From the NCBI RefSeq assembly GCF_009914755.1, contig NC_060935.1: 64,000 nucleotides of DNA; one strand, 5' to 3'. Made by a program: the position numbers and the translations under genes. The DNA is from the human T2T-CHM13v2.0 reference genome, Homo sapiens. Every line of letters starts with the position of its first letter. Position 1 is the first letter of the stretch. The notes below the pieces were generated by a model. It made no database searches and was not told the origin of the DNA. It worked only from the letters and a program-made list of their open reading frames with translations. Positions 43,620 to 63,639 of the stretch are shown here, in pieces.

Positions 43620-44470
43620 ACTGAAGAGGATGTTAAATAACATCATGAGAATGCAATCAGTCACTGAGAATGTGGGACATTTCACAGGACAATGACCTAT
43701 TTAAGGTGGTGGAGGCAGGAGGGAGTGGGGTGAAGAAGTCGGGGCAGTTAAAGACTCAGAAGACATCAACCCAATGCAATGGACAGGCCTCGTTTGGATC
43801 TCGACTTGTATTGTTTTGTTTTGTTTTGTTTTTGAGACAGAATCTCGCTCTGTCTCCCAGGCCAGAGTGCAGTGGTGCAATCTTGGCTCACTGCAACCTC
43901 TGCCTCCCGGGTTCAAGCAATTCTCCTGCCTCAGCTTCCTGAGTAGCTGGGACTACAGGCACCTGCCACAATGCCAGGCTAATTTTTGTATTTTTAGAAG
44001 AGATGGAGTTTCATCATGTTGGCCATGCTGGTCTCCAATTCCTGACCTCAAGTGATCTGCCCACCTCATCCTCCCAAAGTGCTGGGATTACAGGCATGAG
44101 CCACCACACCTGGCCTGGATCCCAATTTGAACAAATCAACTGTGAAAAGCTATTTATCAGGCAACTGGAGAAATTTGAACATAGAGTATTACATAATATT
44201 AAAAAGACATTGCTCATTTTGTTAGGTGAGTTAATGGTGTAATTAGGTTAAGGGAAAAGAAGTCCTTATGCACAGTGAAATATTTACAGGTGAAATGAAA
44301 TAATGTCTGAGATTTGCTTAACATCTTCAGGAAAAAAGTGCATGGGGGAGAATAGATGAAATAAGATTAGCAAATGTTGATAATTTTTGAAGCTGGGTGA
44401 TGGGTACATAAGAGTTCACTACACTAGTTTCTGAAATTTTCCATTAAAAAGTAAAAAAAAAAAAAAAAAA
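43620..44470 (+). mobile_element. Old L1 (L1MC/L1ME) 3' fossil
   Basis: 'tttacaggtgaaatgaaataatgtctgagatttgctt...gctgggtgatgggtacataagagttcact' plus A tail. Confidence 0.65.
43810..44116 (-). mobile_element. AluS with (TTTTG)n tail
   Basis: Full reverse dimer; TSD tggatctcgacttg/tggatcccaatttg. Confidence 0.95.
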
Positions 44471-44843
44471 ATAAGTTCTTGGTTTTCTGTGGTGGGGTAT
44501 GTGGTGTCCACCATGTGCAGCACCCTGGCACCAGTCCGAGAGGGTGGGACTCTAAGGATGGAGTGAGGACTGTGGTCTGGAAGATGACATGTGTGGGGAC
44601 ACTTTGTGAACTGATGGGGGAGGAAGTGATAGGGGGCCATCTACGGACACTGTTCACTGCCCCCAGGCATGAGCCCAGCCTGCCCCCAGTCAGAGGCAAT
44701 GGAGAAGATTGACTGTGAGTAGTGGGGTCAGACAGACCCAGGGCAACCCCCAAGTTGGCCAGTTGCTTTCTGCTACCTTGGGTGGATCCTCTGTTTCTTA
44801 GCTGTGAAATGGGAGTACTTGCAGTAGCTTTCTCATTGGGTTG

Positions 44844-45202
44844 TGTATTAGTCTGTTCTCATGCTGCTAATAATGACATACCCAAGACTGGGTGATTTAT
44901 TAAGAAAAGAGGTTTAATGGACTCACGGTTCCACATGGCCTGGGGAGGCCTCACGATCATGGTGGAAGGCAAAGAAGAAGCAAAGGCACGTCTTACATGG
45001 TGTCAGGCAACAGAGCTTGTGCAGAGGAACTCCCATTTATAAAACCATCAGGTCTCATAAAACTTATCCACTATCACGAGAACAGTATGGGGGAAACTAC
45101 CCCCATGATTCAGTTATCTCCAGCTGGCCCCACCCTTGACAGGTGGGGATTATTACAATTCAGGGTGATATTTGGGTGGGGACACAGAGCCAAACGATAT
45201 CA
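44844..45202 (-). mobile_element. THE1 (C/B-like) MaLR solo LTR inserted in a MIR
   Basis: 'tgtattagtctgttctcatgctgctaa...ccaaacgatatca'; 5-bp TSD ggttg/gcttg; MIR-like flanks. Confidence 0.93.
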
Positions 45203-45436
45203 GCTTGTTACAAGCATTAAATAGAATGGTGCATGTAAAGCCCAGAGCTCAATGCCAGGTGAGGGTCACTGCTCCCTTCCTGGTAGCCATCAGAGGCATG
45301 ACACAGGCTGCACTGAGGCACAGCAGGACTGGGTTCTGGACCCTCTTGGGACTGGTCTCCAGTATCTAGAAAGCTGAGAGCTGATACATATGTTGAAGTA
45401 CGTGCATCATCATGCGTGTGCACGCACCTGTGGCTA

Positions 45437-45440
<4 letters not shown>

Positions 45441-45485
<45 letters not shown>
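45441..45485. repeat. (CA)~22 microsatellite
   Basis: Read directly. Confidence 0.97.
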
Positions 45486-45488
<3 letters not shown>

Positions 45489-46749
45489 TCCCTCCAAGGT
45501 GGGGATGGGGCTCCTCATGGCAGACCTGAGCAGGCCTAGAGCTTGGCCTTCAGGAAAGGCTGTGGATGGTCCTCCCTAGAGGACCCAGCATGGAGGTGAC
45601 GGAGGGTGATGCTCAGAGGAGACTCAGCCAGGGGCCCAAGGATAAGCCTGGGCACCTGGTGAGCCCAAATGGGAGAACACAGCTAGACACAAGGGCAGCA
45701 CCAAGGGGTAAGCCAGGGTCTGAGGAGGTGCTGTCCTGACCAGAAAGGGACAGGCTGGGGCATGGGGAGGGCCTGGCTGGAAAGTCTTTAAATATGAGGG
45801 AGAGCATCACCAAAACTGCAAGCCCCATGAGAGTGGCTGAGTTTCCTGGGGCCTGCTTAGAGCCCTCAAGTTGCTAACCTTGAGTTGCCAAGAGCTGGAC
45901 AACCTCACAGGCCCCTTGCTGCTCCTGCAGCCCCCACATGTCTCCACAGGGTTCTTTCTTTGTGGTCAGGCCAGAGAAATGTAAGCCAGCCAGACCTCCT
46001 GAGACCCTTCCTCTCTGAAGAAGCTTCTGGAACTCAGGTGTGAGGGAGGCGAGGGTGTACAGACAGAAGTTTGGGGTATCATGCTTGGGCACCCATGGCT
46101 CCCAGGAAGGGATGCCAAGGAAGCAGGGCAGAGAGAACAAGCATCCCCTTCCTGAGGCCTCCCTTCCTAGACCTCAGGCACAGGAAAAGAGCCCACTAAT
46201 TCAATCCTGTCTCTACCAGTGGGAAGGAGCTTTTAATCAAATCCTAAGTTGAGTGGTGGGGGAGAGGAGATCCATTCTGCCTTCACTTGCTCTATTCCAG
46301 AGAACAATTTGGGGAGTCGCTAATCCTGCAAACATCACGTTAACACCAATAAAACACCCCTACAGCTCCCACTTGCTAAATGTCAACATTTATTAACTTC
46401 AGAACCCAGCACCATTTCAGAGCGGCCTCCCTGCAACACAGGCCTGGTGAGAGGAGCAGCTGGAGTGGGCCCTCGAGGAGGGAGACCTGTGGCCGTCACC
46501 ACTGCACCTGCCCTGGGTCTTGCCCTGAGCCCTGGGGCAGGCCAGGACGGGGCTCAGAGCTAGCAAAGGCTGAGGCATATCCCCCTGGCAGAAACTTGGG
46601 GACACCCATGTTGGGGACGGGACTTCCCTTGCTTCCCCTAATTCAGAGGACCTTGGGGAAGTTCCTCTCCCTATCCCTCATCCTAGGAAAGAACAGCTCC
46701 TCTTCTAGCCTGGCCCCTGCCCTCCCCTAATTTCCCACTCCCTCTCCTG

Positions 46750-47084
46750 GAAAAGAAATCAAGATATTTTTCTTAGACATATTTCGAGTTGGGTGTCAGA
46801 GGGCCAGCAAACAGAAGTGGATCTGCAAAGCTGTCTTTTGGGGAGAGATTTGCATCTGCAGAGAATCTGCATTGATGCAGCCCAGCCTTCCCTCGTCCTC
46901 AAGGCAGTAGATAAGCTTCTGCACCCCATCGTGGGGCTGGGTCTTCATTCTGAAGGCTCTTGTGTCACATAAAACTATGATCAAATAACATTGTATGTCT
47001 TTTCTCCAATTAATCTGCCTTTTGTGAGCTGATCTTTTAGTGAACCTTCCAAAGGTGAAGGGAAAGCTTTTCTTTCCCACTACA
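46750..47084 (+). mobile_element. MER4-group ERV1 LTR (LTR29/MER39-like), internally deleted
   Basis: 'gcaaagctgtcttttg...gagatttgcatctg...gggtcttcattctgaaggctc...ccactaca'; cctg on both flanks. Confidence 0.7.
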
Positions 47085-47501
47085 CCTGGGAAGAAGTCCT
47101 GGTGACATTTGAAGGAGAGTGTCCTGCTGGCACTTGGGCCAAATATGGCTGGGACCTGTGGCCCCTTTGACACAAACCGGAAGACCAGACGCAGAAGGCT
47201 AGTGGGTCTGCGGGGCTGGGGCTCAGGGCCTGGAGGGCAGGTGAGCTCTTCCTCTGTGCAGTCCCCAGCCAGCCCCACCTACCTCAGGACACTCAAGAGC
47301 CTTTGCAGCTGAGGAGATGTCCGGGAGGCCCAGCAGGTTCCAACAGCTGAGCTCTTGAATCTGGGAAATCACCTTCAAATTTTCCTTCTTGGGAACCCTT
47401 CCCCCACATGGGGGTGAATATGAATACCCCAAAGGTGATCATTGCAGTGGGGGAGTCTGAGGGCACAGTCCAAAACAACTACAGCTTTTCTTTGAAGCTC
47501 A

Positions 47502-47639
47502 TTCTTTCTCTCTCTCTTTCCCTCTCTTCCTTCCTTTCTTCCTTCTTTCCTTCCTAACTTCCTTCCTTCCTTCCATCCTCCCTCCCTCCCTCCCTCCCTC
47601 CCTCCTTCTCTTCCCTTCCCCTCCCCTCCCCTCCCCTTT

Positions 47640-47718
<79 letters not shown>

Positions 47719-47734
47719 CTTTCTTCTTTCTCAT

Positions 47735-47735
<1 letters not shown>
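47502..47735. repeat. Compound polypyrimidine STR (TTCC)n(TCCC)n(TTTC)~19
   Basis: Read directly; occupies the tail position of the adjacent Alu. Confidence 0.95.
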
Positions 47736-52285
<4,550 letters not shown>

Positions 52286-52329
52286 GAAGTATATTTTGGG
52301 GTGAAATATTTTGGTTTCCCTTAACCTCA

Positions 52330-52422
52330 TCTCAAACCTATTTCCAAACAGAATCACATTCACAAGTACCAGGGGTTAGGATTTGGGCATAGCTTTTTAG
52401 GGGCACTATTCAATCCAATACA
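52330..52422 (-). mobile_element. MLT1 (B/C-like) LTR 5' fragment
   Basis: 'ctatttccaaacagaatcacattcacaagtaccaggggttagga...cactattcaatccaataca'. Confidence 0.7.
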
Positions 52423-52650
52423 GGAGCCAATTTTAGCAACACTGGGTGGTGTCAGGATACAAAGTGAAGCAAGGCCCACATGCCGGAGTCAGACAGGCTA
52501 GGGCTGGAGCTCTTGCTCTGTCACCAACCCTTATCACCTGGCTGGGTGACTGTGCAGGTCATTAATGCTCTCATTGTTACAATATTTAACATGGGTATAA
52601 TAATTACCATGATATGTTATCTCATGGAATTGTGGTGAAGGTTAAATGGC

Positions 52651-52994
52651 TGAATGGTTTGAATGTGTTCCCCAAAACGCAGGTGTTATAACTTAATCTC
52701 CAGTGTAACAGTGTTGAGAGGTGGGGCCAATGAGAGGTGTTTGGGTCATGAGGGCACCACACTCATGAAAGGGTTAATGATTATTATAAAAGGGCTTGAG
52801 GCTGCAAGTTTGGTCTCTTGCTCTCTCTTTGCTCTTACACGATGGGAAGATGCAGCAAGAAGGCTCTTGGTAGATGCCAGCCCCTTCATCTTGGACTTTT
52901 CAGCCTCTAGAACCATGAGCCAATAAATTTCTGCTCATTATAAAGTACCCAGTCTCAGGTGTTCTGGTACAGCAGCACAAAATGGACTAAGACA
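52651..52994 (+). mobile_element. MSTC-like MaLR solo LTR inserted in a MIR
   Basis: 'atggtttgaatgtgttcccc...attataaaagggcttgaggctgcaagtt...aatggactaagaca'; TSD atggc/atgac. Confidence 0.88.
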
Positions 52995-53069
52995 ATGACC
53001 TAAGGCAATGAAAGATGTTGGAAAAATATGAAGTGCTATCTATGTACAGGGTATTAGCAAGCATCTCAA

Positions 53070-53220
53070 CTTACTAATTGTGTGAGCTCAGGCAAGTTTC
53101 CTAACCTCTTGGAAGCTGTTTCCTCATCAGTAAAATGAAAAGTACTCACCTCATTGGGCCACTCAAAGGACTCAATGAAACTCCATGTGAGGCACTTAAC
53201 ACATAGAAAGTGCTCTTAAA
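53070..53220 (+). mobile_element. MIR SINE
   Basis: 'tgtgtgagctcaggcaagtttcctaacctct...tttcctcatcagtaaaatg'. Confidence 0.7.
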
Positions 53221-53314
53221 GTAAAAGCCATGAGCATTGTGGTGGGGCCTTTCCAGAGGGATGGACTAGCCTAAATGTCCAGAAAAGAAGTGAACCAGAC
53301 TCTTGATTTTTGAG

Positions 53315-53318
<4 letters not shown>

Positions 53319-53356
<38 letters not shown>

Positions 53357-53637
53357 AGACAGAGTCTCACTCTATCGCCCGGGCTGGAGTTCAATGCACA
53401 ATCTTGGCTCACTGCAACCTCCACCTCCTGGGTTCAAGTGATCCTCTTGCCTCAGCCTCCTGAGTAGCTGGGACTACAGGCGTGTGCCACCACGCCCGGC
53501 TAATTTTTGTATTTTTCGTATAGAGATGAGGTTTCACCATATTGGCCAGGCTGGTCTTGAACTCCTGACCTCAGGTGATCCACTCGCCTCAGGCTTCCAA
53601 AGTGTTGGGATTATAGGTGTGAGCCACCGCACTCGGC
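53319..53637 (-). mobile_element. AluS with (TG)~17 tail microsatellite
   Basis: Full reverse dimer; TSD atttttgaga. Confidence 0.95.
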
Positions 53638-54369
53638 ATTTTTGAGAATTTAGGAGATTAAGCACCTGTTCCCCACCCCTTGGGGTTTTGAAAATTAGGT
53701 GGGAAGAAGCTGATTCTAGGTTTTGCAAGTAAAGGGGGACCTAGTACTGCTGGGGCCAGCTTGCACCCAGGAAGTGGCTGGTAGCTGAGCAGAATGAGCC
53801 ACTGATGACAGCTTTGGCTCTTTGGCCTTAGGCCTAGTGGGTCCCCAGGGTTCTGCTGATCTGAGCATTTTGCTGGGGAATTTCCCTTTTCTGAAAGGGC
53901 TCCACAATAAGGTGGTGGCATCAGCTGGGGCCTAGGCCAGGCACCTTCTGTCTATGGACTCTGGCCTGAGTTTCAGGGACATCTTGACTCACAAGGGGAG
54001 CTTTTCCCTCCCACCAATCATGGCATTGGGGGTGGGGGGTGGGCAGCCACCCTGGATAACGTCACTCAGTGCACACCACTGCTGGCCCCTGTGGCTGTTG
54101 CATGAAGAGGAGACGGGGCTCCATTTTCCAGAAATCGTCTGTGCTAGGCATCCCAGTGAGGGGGCTGAGCCAACCTCTAAGTTTCCTCTAAGACACTAGG
54201 AAGCATTGGGGGAACCCTGGATGCACCCAAGCAGGGACTGGATGGGGGAGGCTTGAGCATTCGCTCTTTTCTCCCACATGGGTTGGAGGCCACTCTGCCT
54301 CATTATCGTCCTCTACATTTGCATGACTGCTGTCCTGTGAAAAATCTCCGCTTGTGAGCCAGCACAAGT

Positions 54370-54380
54370 ATGACTCAGCA
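54370..54380 (+). promoter_or_regulatory. Consensus ARE/NFE2 (CNC-sMAF) site with embedded AP-1
   Basis: ATGACTCAGCA is an exact match to RTGACTCAGCA; function untested. Confidence 0.4.
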
Positions 54381-54649
54381 TGTCTCTTTAATTCCCTTCG
54401 GGCACGACCATCAGAGTCAGTTTACAATAACCAGACGCCTGGCTTTACAATCACTCCTCATTGTTGACCCAAAACAGCATCCTGCAGCTTGATCATTGCC
54501 CATGTGCCAGACTTCTCTCAGAATGACTCTTATTTAAAAAAAAAAAAAATCACATCTGGTCCATTTAGTGGCCTAGAGCACATACCCTTGAGAATTCATC
54601 AAGGCAGAAAGTATTTGTTATTCGAGGATGGGTTTGATTTTTGGCAATG

Positions 54650-55105
54650 ATGTTGAGGCTCTCTGAGTCAAGTCTGGAGGATTATGCAGCAGGGAGAGCT
54701 CTTTGCTTAGACCACTGCATCAGACCACCCTCCTCAATCTCAGGGCTCAGCTACCACTTCCCTTCTGTAGCTCCCCCAGTCGCCATGGCAGATGTGGCCA
54801 GACACCTCACTCTCTTGCCATCCGCCCAGGGTTTCTCTGACACCAAGGCCATGCCCGCCTCTTCCTTGTCTCAGGTGCATTTTGCATGGTTCTTCAGAGG
54901 TTCCCTAGCAGGATGGAGCCTCAATGACCCACAGTGATGACCAGCTCAGTTAAGAAAACTTAGCTTGGCCTTTCTGCTTCCCTGTTTTATGCTTCCCAAT
55001 CCCCCTTGGGATTCTAGGGAACCATTGCTTTTCCCTAGAATCTCTTTCCAAAATAAGCTACTTGAACCAAAGGCTCTTTATGTGGGGGAACCCAGGCAAG
55101 GACAG
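54650..55105 (+). mobile_element. Possible old ERVL LTR (LTR16/33-like)
   Basis: 3' end 'ccaaaataagctacttgaacc...gggggaacccaggcaaggaca'. Confidence 0.35.
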
Positions 55106-55317
55106 CTGCCCTGCTGAATTTTTTTGTAAGATTTCAACAGAGCTTGAGGACGGAGTTGGGGGGAGTCTATTGAGATACTAGGTCATAGGAATTCATAGTG
55201 TCCCGTGGCATCATATATATGGGCCATCTCTTTTGCTCTCTCTCCCCCTTTTTAAAAAACAGTTTTTTTTAGATATAACTCACCTACCATATAATTCCCA
55301 TTTAAAGTGTGCAATTT

Positions 55318-55452
55318 GGCCAGGCATATGGCTCATGCCTGTAATCCCAGCACTTTGGGAGGTGGAAGTGGGAGGATTGCTTGAGTCCAGAAGTTCAAGA
55401 TCAGCCTGGGGAATACAGTGAGACCCCATCTCTATATAAAAAAAAAAAAAAA
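55318..55452 (+). mobile_element. Alu left monomer (FLAM_C-like)
   Basis: TSD aaagtgtgcaatt. Confidence 0.9.
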
Positions 55453-55778
55453 GTGTGCAATTCAGTGGTTTTTAGTATATTTACAGAGTTGTGCACCCAT
55501 CACTGCATCAATTTTAGAACATATTTATCACCCCTAAAAGAAACACAGTACTCATTAACAATCACTCTCCATTTCTCCCACAACCTCATCCCTCTAGGCA
55601 ACCACTGGTCTACTTTTTGTTTGCCTATTGTGGACATTTCACTTAAATGGAATATGTATAATATGTGGCTTTTTGTGTCTAGCTTGTTTACTCAGCCTAA
55701 TGTTTTCGTTACGAAGGAATGAAGGAACCTCAGCATAAGGTTAATCCGTATTGTGGCATGTATCAGTACTTCATTCCC

Positions 55779-56094
55779 TTTTTTTTGTGTGTGTGTGAGA
55801 CAGGGTCTTGCTCTGTTGCCCAGGCTGGAGTGCAATGGCACGATCATGGCTCACTATAGCCTCGAACTCCTAGGCTAAAGTGATCCTCCTGCCTTGGCCT
55901 TCTAAGTAGTTGGGACCACAGGCACTGTGCCACCATGCTGGCTATTAAAAAAAAATATATATATATATGTATATAAATTTTTTTTTTTTTTTGTAGAGGC
56001 GAGGTCTTGCTATGTTGCCCAGGCTGGTCTCAAACTCCTGGACTCAAGCAGTCCTCCTGCCTTGCCCTCCCAAAGTGCAGGGATTACAGGCATG
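55779..56094 (-). mobile_element. AluJ, slightly 5'-truncated, with (TA)n in the linker
   Basis: TSD acttcattc. Confidence 0.92.
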
Positions 56095-56817
56095 ACTTCA
56101 TTCATTTTTATGGCTGAATAATAATCCATTGTATGGATATACCACATTTTATTTATCCATCAATCAGCTGATGGACATCCCAGTTTTGTCCGCCTTTTGG
56201 TTATTAAGAGTAATGCTGCTATAAATATTTGTGTACAAATTTCTTTCTGTGCAGATGTATGTTTTGGTTTCTCTTTTTTATATGCCTAGGAGTGGAACTG
56301 CTGGTTCATTTTGCTCCTCTTTTAATTTTTAATTTTACTGTTAGGTTAGACAATACATTCCCATGCTATCTCACAATTTAAAAGGTACAAATGGAGAATT
56401 TCTATTCTCTCCTTAATCACAAGCAATATTTCCCACTTTAAGTGTATTTTTGGAGATATCTCTAGCATATATAAACAATTATGAATATTTCTTCTTCCTT
56501 TTTCTATCACAAACAGTGATACAATATACACTGTTCAGTACCTTACTTTATTTGTTTAACATTAAATCTTAGAGATTGCTCCATATCATTACAAAAGAAG
56601 CTTTTCATTTTTGTATCTGTGTAGCATTCCCTTGAATGGAAAGAAATAGCTTATTTAATTTAAATGATTTATTTAACCAGTCCCTAATTAAAAGGCCTTG
56701 TTTCCAATCTTTTGTTATTATAAACAATAATGCAATGAAAAACCTTAAACAAATATTATTTCCCACATGTGTGAGCTCATCATAGGATGTATTTCTAGAA
56801 GTAGAAGAACCGTATCA

Positions 56818-56970
<153 letters not shown>

Positions 56971-57320
56971 GAAAGGTATGTGAACTTTAAATCTTGACAC
57001 ATACGCCAATTGCCTTCCATAGAGGTTATACAAATTTACAGCCCATCAGCAATGTGTGACCTGTTTGCACATGCCCTCACCACTTTGATGGGTAGAAAAT
57101 GATATCTCCACATCATTTTAATGTGAAATTATGAGTGAGTTACAGCGTCTTTTATTTCCTTTTTGTAAAATGCCTGCTCATATCTTCTGCCTGCTTTTTC
57201 AATCGATATGATCATTTTCTTGATGATTTGGGAGTATTCTTATTTATCAGAGAAATTAACCCTTTGTTTATAATATGAGTATCTAAAACTTCTCCCAAAG
57301 GGTCGAGTCTTTTGCTTTTG

Positions 57321-57710
57321 TGTACTACTGTTCATGAATACCCAGATCCCTCCCTGAAAAGGCATTACATTCCCTGCCCTTGTGAACCAAGGTGCAGCTG
57401 TGTGACTTGTTCTGGTCAATTAAATGCAAGCAGAAGCACGTGTGACACTTTGGGCTGAAGCTTGAAGTGCTGGTGCTTTGCTCACCCTCTTTCTCCCTGA
57501 CTCGGGAATTGGCGTCAGCAGATGATGGCTGTGCCTTCAACTTGGGAGCCTAAAGTGAAAGTGACAATACTGACAACATGGGAGTGGAGGCCTCAGCCAA
57601 TCCACAAAAGGATGTGTACTGTGGGCCAGAAATAACCACTTGTTGCTTTATACCCCTCAGATTTTGGCTTTTTTTCTTGCTGCAGTATAACCAGCCTATC
57701 CAGACTGATT
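57321..57710 (+). mobile_element. MLT1J-like MaLR LTR
   Basis: 'tgtgacttgttctggtcaattaaatgcaagcagaagcacgtgtgacacttt...ccagaaataaccacttgttgcttta...ccagcctatccagactgat'. Confidence 0.7.
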
Positions 57711-57845
57711 TTTGCCACAAAGACTTTTGAAAAAAAATTTATTTTGATGAGGTTAAAATGATTACTCATTTATTTTATGATTCGGGGCTTGTGCCGAAAG
57801 ATCTTCCTCAATCATGCAATGAAAAACCTTAAATATTACTTCCCT

Positions 57846-58790
<945 letters not shown>

Positions 58791-59402
58791 GCTGGAGGTT
58801 GCTGATGAGATAGGGGATAGATAAGTTCTCTGATAGTCTCAGAACTTTGGAGGCAGGGCCTGTTCCTAAAAAACAGAGCTTCCTGGTAGCAAATCTCAGC
58901 AGAAGGCACCATAGCCCTCCCCATCCCCTCCTTGCCTTCTGGCCATCTCAGGCCATATCCAGCTTTTGGGGACTCCCCACAAGGGGCTGCACCTGTGAGT
59001 GGGAGCTGACAGCTGGGAGGGAGCCCAGCCCCTACTCTGGGAGACAGAAGCCCTCTGGGTCTTTGGCCAATTCACCCTTGGCTGGCGTTGACTAACTGGC
59101 TTGAATCTCTGAGCCTTGGGCAACAAGAGTAGCTTCCCAGGGCTGCTGCGCTAACAGACAGAAGTTGCATCTAGGAAAGCCTTAGGAGGTTCCAGCTGTT
59201 GATTTTGGGAGAACAAGGGAAGACTGCCTGGGAGTTCTTGCTGCCACCAGCAGGGGCGGCCTGGGTGCTGTCGGAGAGGCCCGGAGGAGGAGAAGTGTGG
59301 GTGCTCTGTTGCTCTCACCTTTCCCAGAGCTTCCTGATCCCCCTTCAGGATTTTTCACCTGTCCACACACCCGAAATCACCAGCACTCCCCAGCGTCCTC
59401 AC

Positions 59403-59620
59403 CCCAACTTCCCCGGCTCAAGCGATCCTCCTACCTCAGCCCCACGAGTAGCTTGGGACCACAGGTGCATGCCACCACACCTGACTAATCTATTTATTTT
59501 TTGTACAGATGGGTCTTGCTATGTTGACTAGGCTGGTCTCAAACTCCTGGCCTCAAGCAATCCATCCACCTCAGCCTCCCAAAGTGCTGAGATTACAGGC
59601 ATGAGCCACCATGCCCGGCC
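59403..59620 (-). mobile_element. AluJ lacking its 3' end and tail
   Basis: 'ggctcaagcgatcctcctacctcagcc...atgcccggcc'. Confidence 0.88.
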
Positions 59621-60472
59621 ACATTTGTTTCTTGTTCTCACGAAATTCCCATGCCTCTCTGGGACAGCTCTCCCTGGCAATCCAGACAGCTTAGATCTGA
59701 TAAAGCCTCCACCTCAACGCTTGCCTCAAAGAGTGAAGAGAGAATGAGAGCCTCATATCTACTCTTCTATGCTTCAGTCTGGAGGTAACACTTAGACCCA
59801 TAGCCTGCTAGTCAGAGCAAGGCGCACAGCTCTGTGACCTGCAGGCCCTGGGAAATGCAGGGAACACACAGATTGAGTATCTGCAGTCAAGCCTCTGTTA
59901 GTAGCAGTAACAAATGTAGTAGCTGTGTCTGCTAAAAGCCTATAGGACCATGCTACCAGTTCATATCCAAGTTCCTGCCTAGTCCTCGATAACTATGATC
60001 TGGCCTGGCTGATGCCTCCCAGCCCATCACCCCCATCTCTCTTCAAATACATCTTGCAAAGTCCTTCCTCCCAGCCCTATTCATGCTCTTCTTCTGCTTT
60101 ATCAACTGTCACCACTTCCTTCCTCTTTCCTAAGTTCTTCAGGGCCCAAATCAAGTTCAATCTCTTCCTCAAAGCCTCCTTTTGGCTTATCCCTTAGTGC
60201 TATCCCTTCTTTGAGCTCCTCCAGGGCTGATTTTTAAGCTTCTCAGTCAGCCCTGAGCATATACTCCTTCTATATGTCCTCTCTAGTGTAGCGAAAGAAA
60301 AATAATTTTGTCTTCAACCTTCATAGGTTCTTTGTTAGCATGGACCCCTGTAACAGAGGACAGATTAACAAGAGAAAATAAAGTTTATTCACCTGTATAT
60401 TTCATATATACATGGGAGACACCCAGAGAATGAGTAGTTCTCAAAGAGGCAGCTTTGAATTCCAGCTTATAA

Positions 60473-61168
<696 letters not shown>

Positions 61169-61781
61169 TTAGTTAGTAAAGCTTGTTAATATAGATTCCT
61201 GTGGTACCATCTTCTGGCTGGTAAGGGTCTAAAGTTGTCCTCCATGGTTAGCTTGCATTCTCTTAGGTAGAAGAGGGAGTGGGATATCTTTCGTCTTTGT
61301 AAATCGATGTCCTGCTTTCGGGCACATAGAGGCAGAGTAGAGAGCTTTCCTGCATCTGCTTCTAAACTGCCTTCAGCCCAACAATCCATCTTTTGGGGTG
61401 GCTTTCTTGTCTCCCCTACTAAACTATAACCTTTGGAGGTCAAGGGTTATATCTTTCTCTTCTTTGCCCTCTCAGTGCCCTACTCTGTAGGGCTCCTAAT
61501 GACTTTAATTCCCAAATGGTTACAGGGCACCTACTAAATAGCAAACACCATGCTAAGCACTAGGGATGCAAAGAACAGTAAAATATGACCTGGGAAAAAA
61601 TAGGATTTATATGCACCTGCTATGTATCATCTAATGACTAAGAAAGAAAGACAGCTCTGGAGTCTGCCTGGGGTTGAATCCCATCTCTGGTGTTAAATTA
61701 ACTACAAGACCTTGGGCAAGTTACTTAACTTCTTTAGCCTGAGTTTTCTCATCTTCAAAAATAGTAATGATCATTACCTAC

Positions 61782-62576
<795 letters not shown>

Positions 62577-62714
62577 CCTATCTTATCAGGTCATTGTGAG
62601 GATTAAATGAGATGATGCCTGTGAAGCATTTGGCACAATGGCTGGCACATAGTAAAATTCATTGAATGTTAGTCATTTTTAGGACAGTAAATTAATCAGC
62701 ATTATTTTTATTTA

Positions 62715-63110
62715 TTTATGAATGTCAGAAACCCAATTCAGTCCTTGTGTGGCTGGATCTGGGTGCTCAAATGAGGCTATGGAGGGCCTTTCCTTCTTTG
62801 TCGCCCAGCTTTCTTCATTGTCTTTATCCTTAGGCACACTCTCCTAGAGAGGTGGCAAGAAAATCTCTCAGCAGATCTAGGGCTCCATTTGACCAGCTCA
62901 TCATGCTTGATGGAAAAGGATCACCTCTTTCTCAGTAGCGTCAGCCAAAGTTCCAGGGCTGAATCTCATGGAAACAATCTGGAATATGAGCCTATCCCAG
63001 AACCAATCTCTGTGGCCAGGGGGATGCACTATCCTGAACTAGCAGGTAGGGTGGAGGGTGAACCACCTGAGCTGCAAGTGACGGAAGGGTGGCTCCCAAA
63101 AGAGAAGTCA
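62715..63110 (-). mobile_element. Old MLT1-like LTR fragment
   Basis: 'cagaaacccaattca...ggctggatctgggtgctcaaatga...gaaccaatctctgtggccagggggatg'. Confidence 0.5.
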
Positions 63111-63293
63111 GAATGTGAACCCTCAGATCTCAGATACCAAGTCTGCAAAAACACAAATATAGACCGTGACAATGTTGTGTGCCAGCTCCTAGTATGGTCT
63201 TTGGCACAGTGTAGAAGTTCAGTAAATGTTTGTTGAATAATCGTATGAATAATGCAAGAAAACATGTTAGGCACCAAGTAAAATGCTCATGTT

Positions 63294-63621
<328 letters not shown>

Positions 63622-63639
63622 TCACTTCCCACTGCAAAG

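Larger units (their letters stand above)
55250..56310 (-). mobile_element. L1MB-like 3' portion
   Basis: 'ttaaagtgtgcaattcagtggtttttagtatatttacagagttgtgca...ggctgaataataatccattgtatggatataccacatttt'. Confidence 0.85.

Noticed and set aside
47375-47734. K/E/R-rich 119-aa ORF
   Set aside because: Translation of the (GAAA)n/(GGAA)n microsatellite
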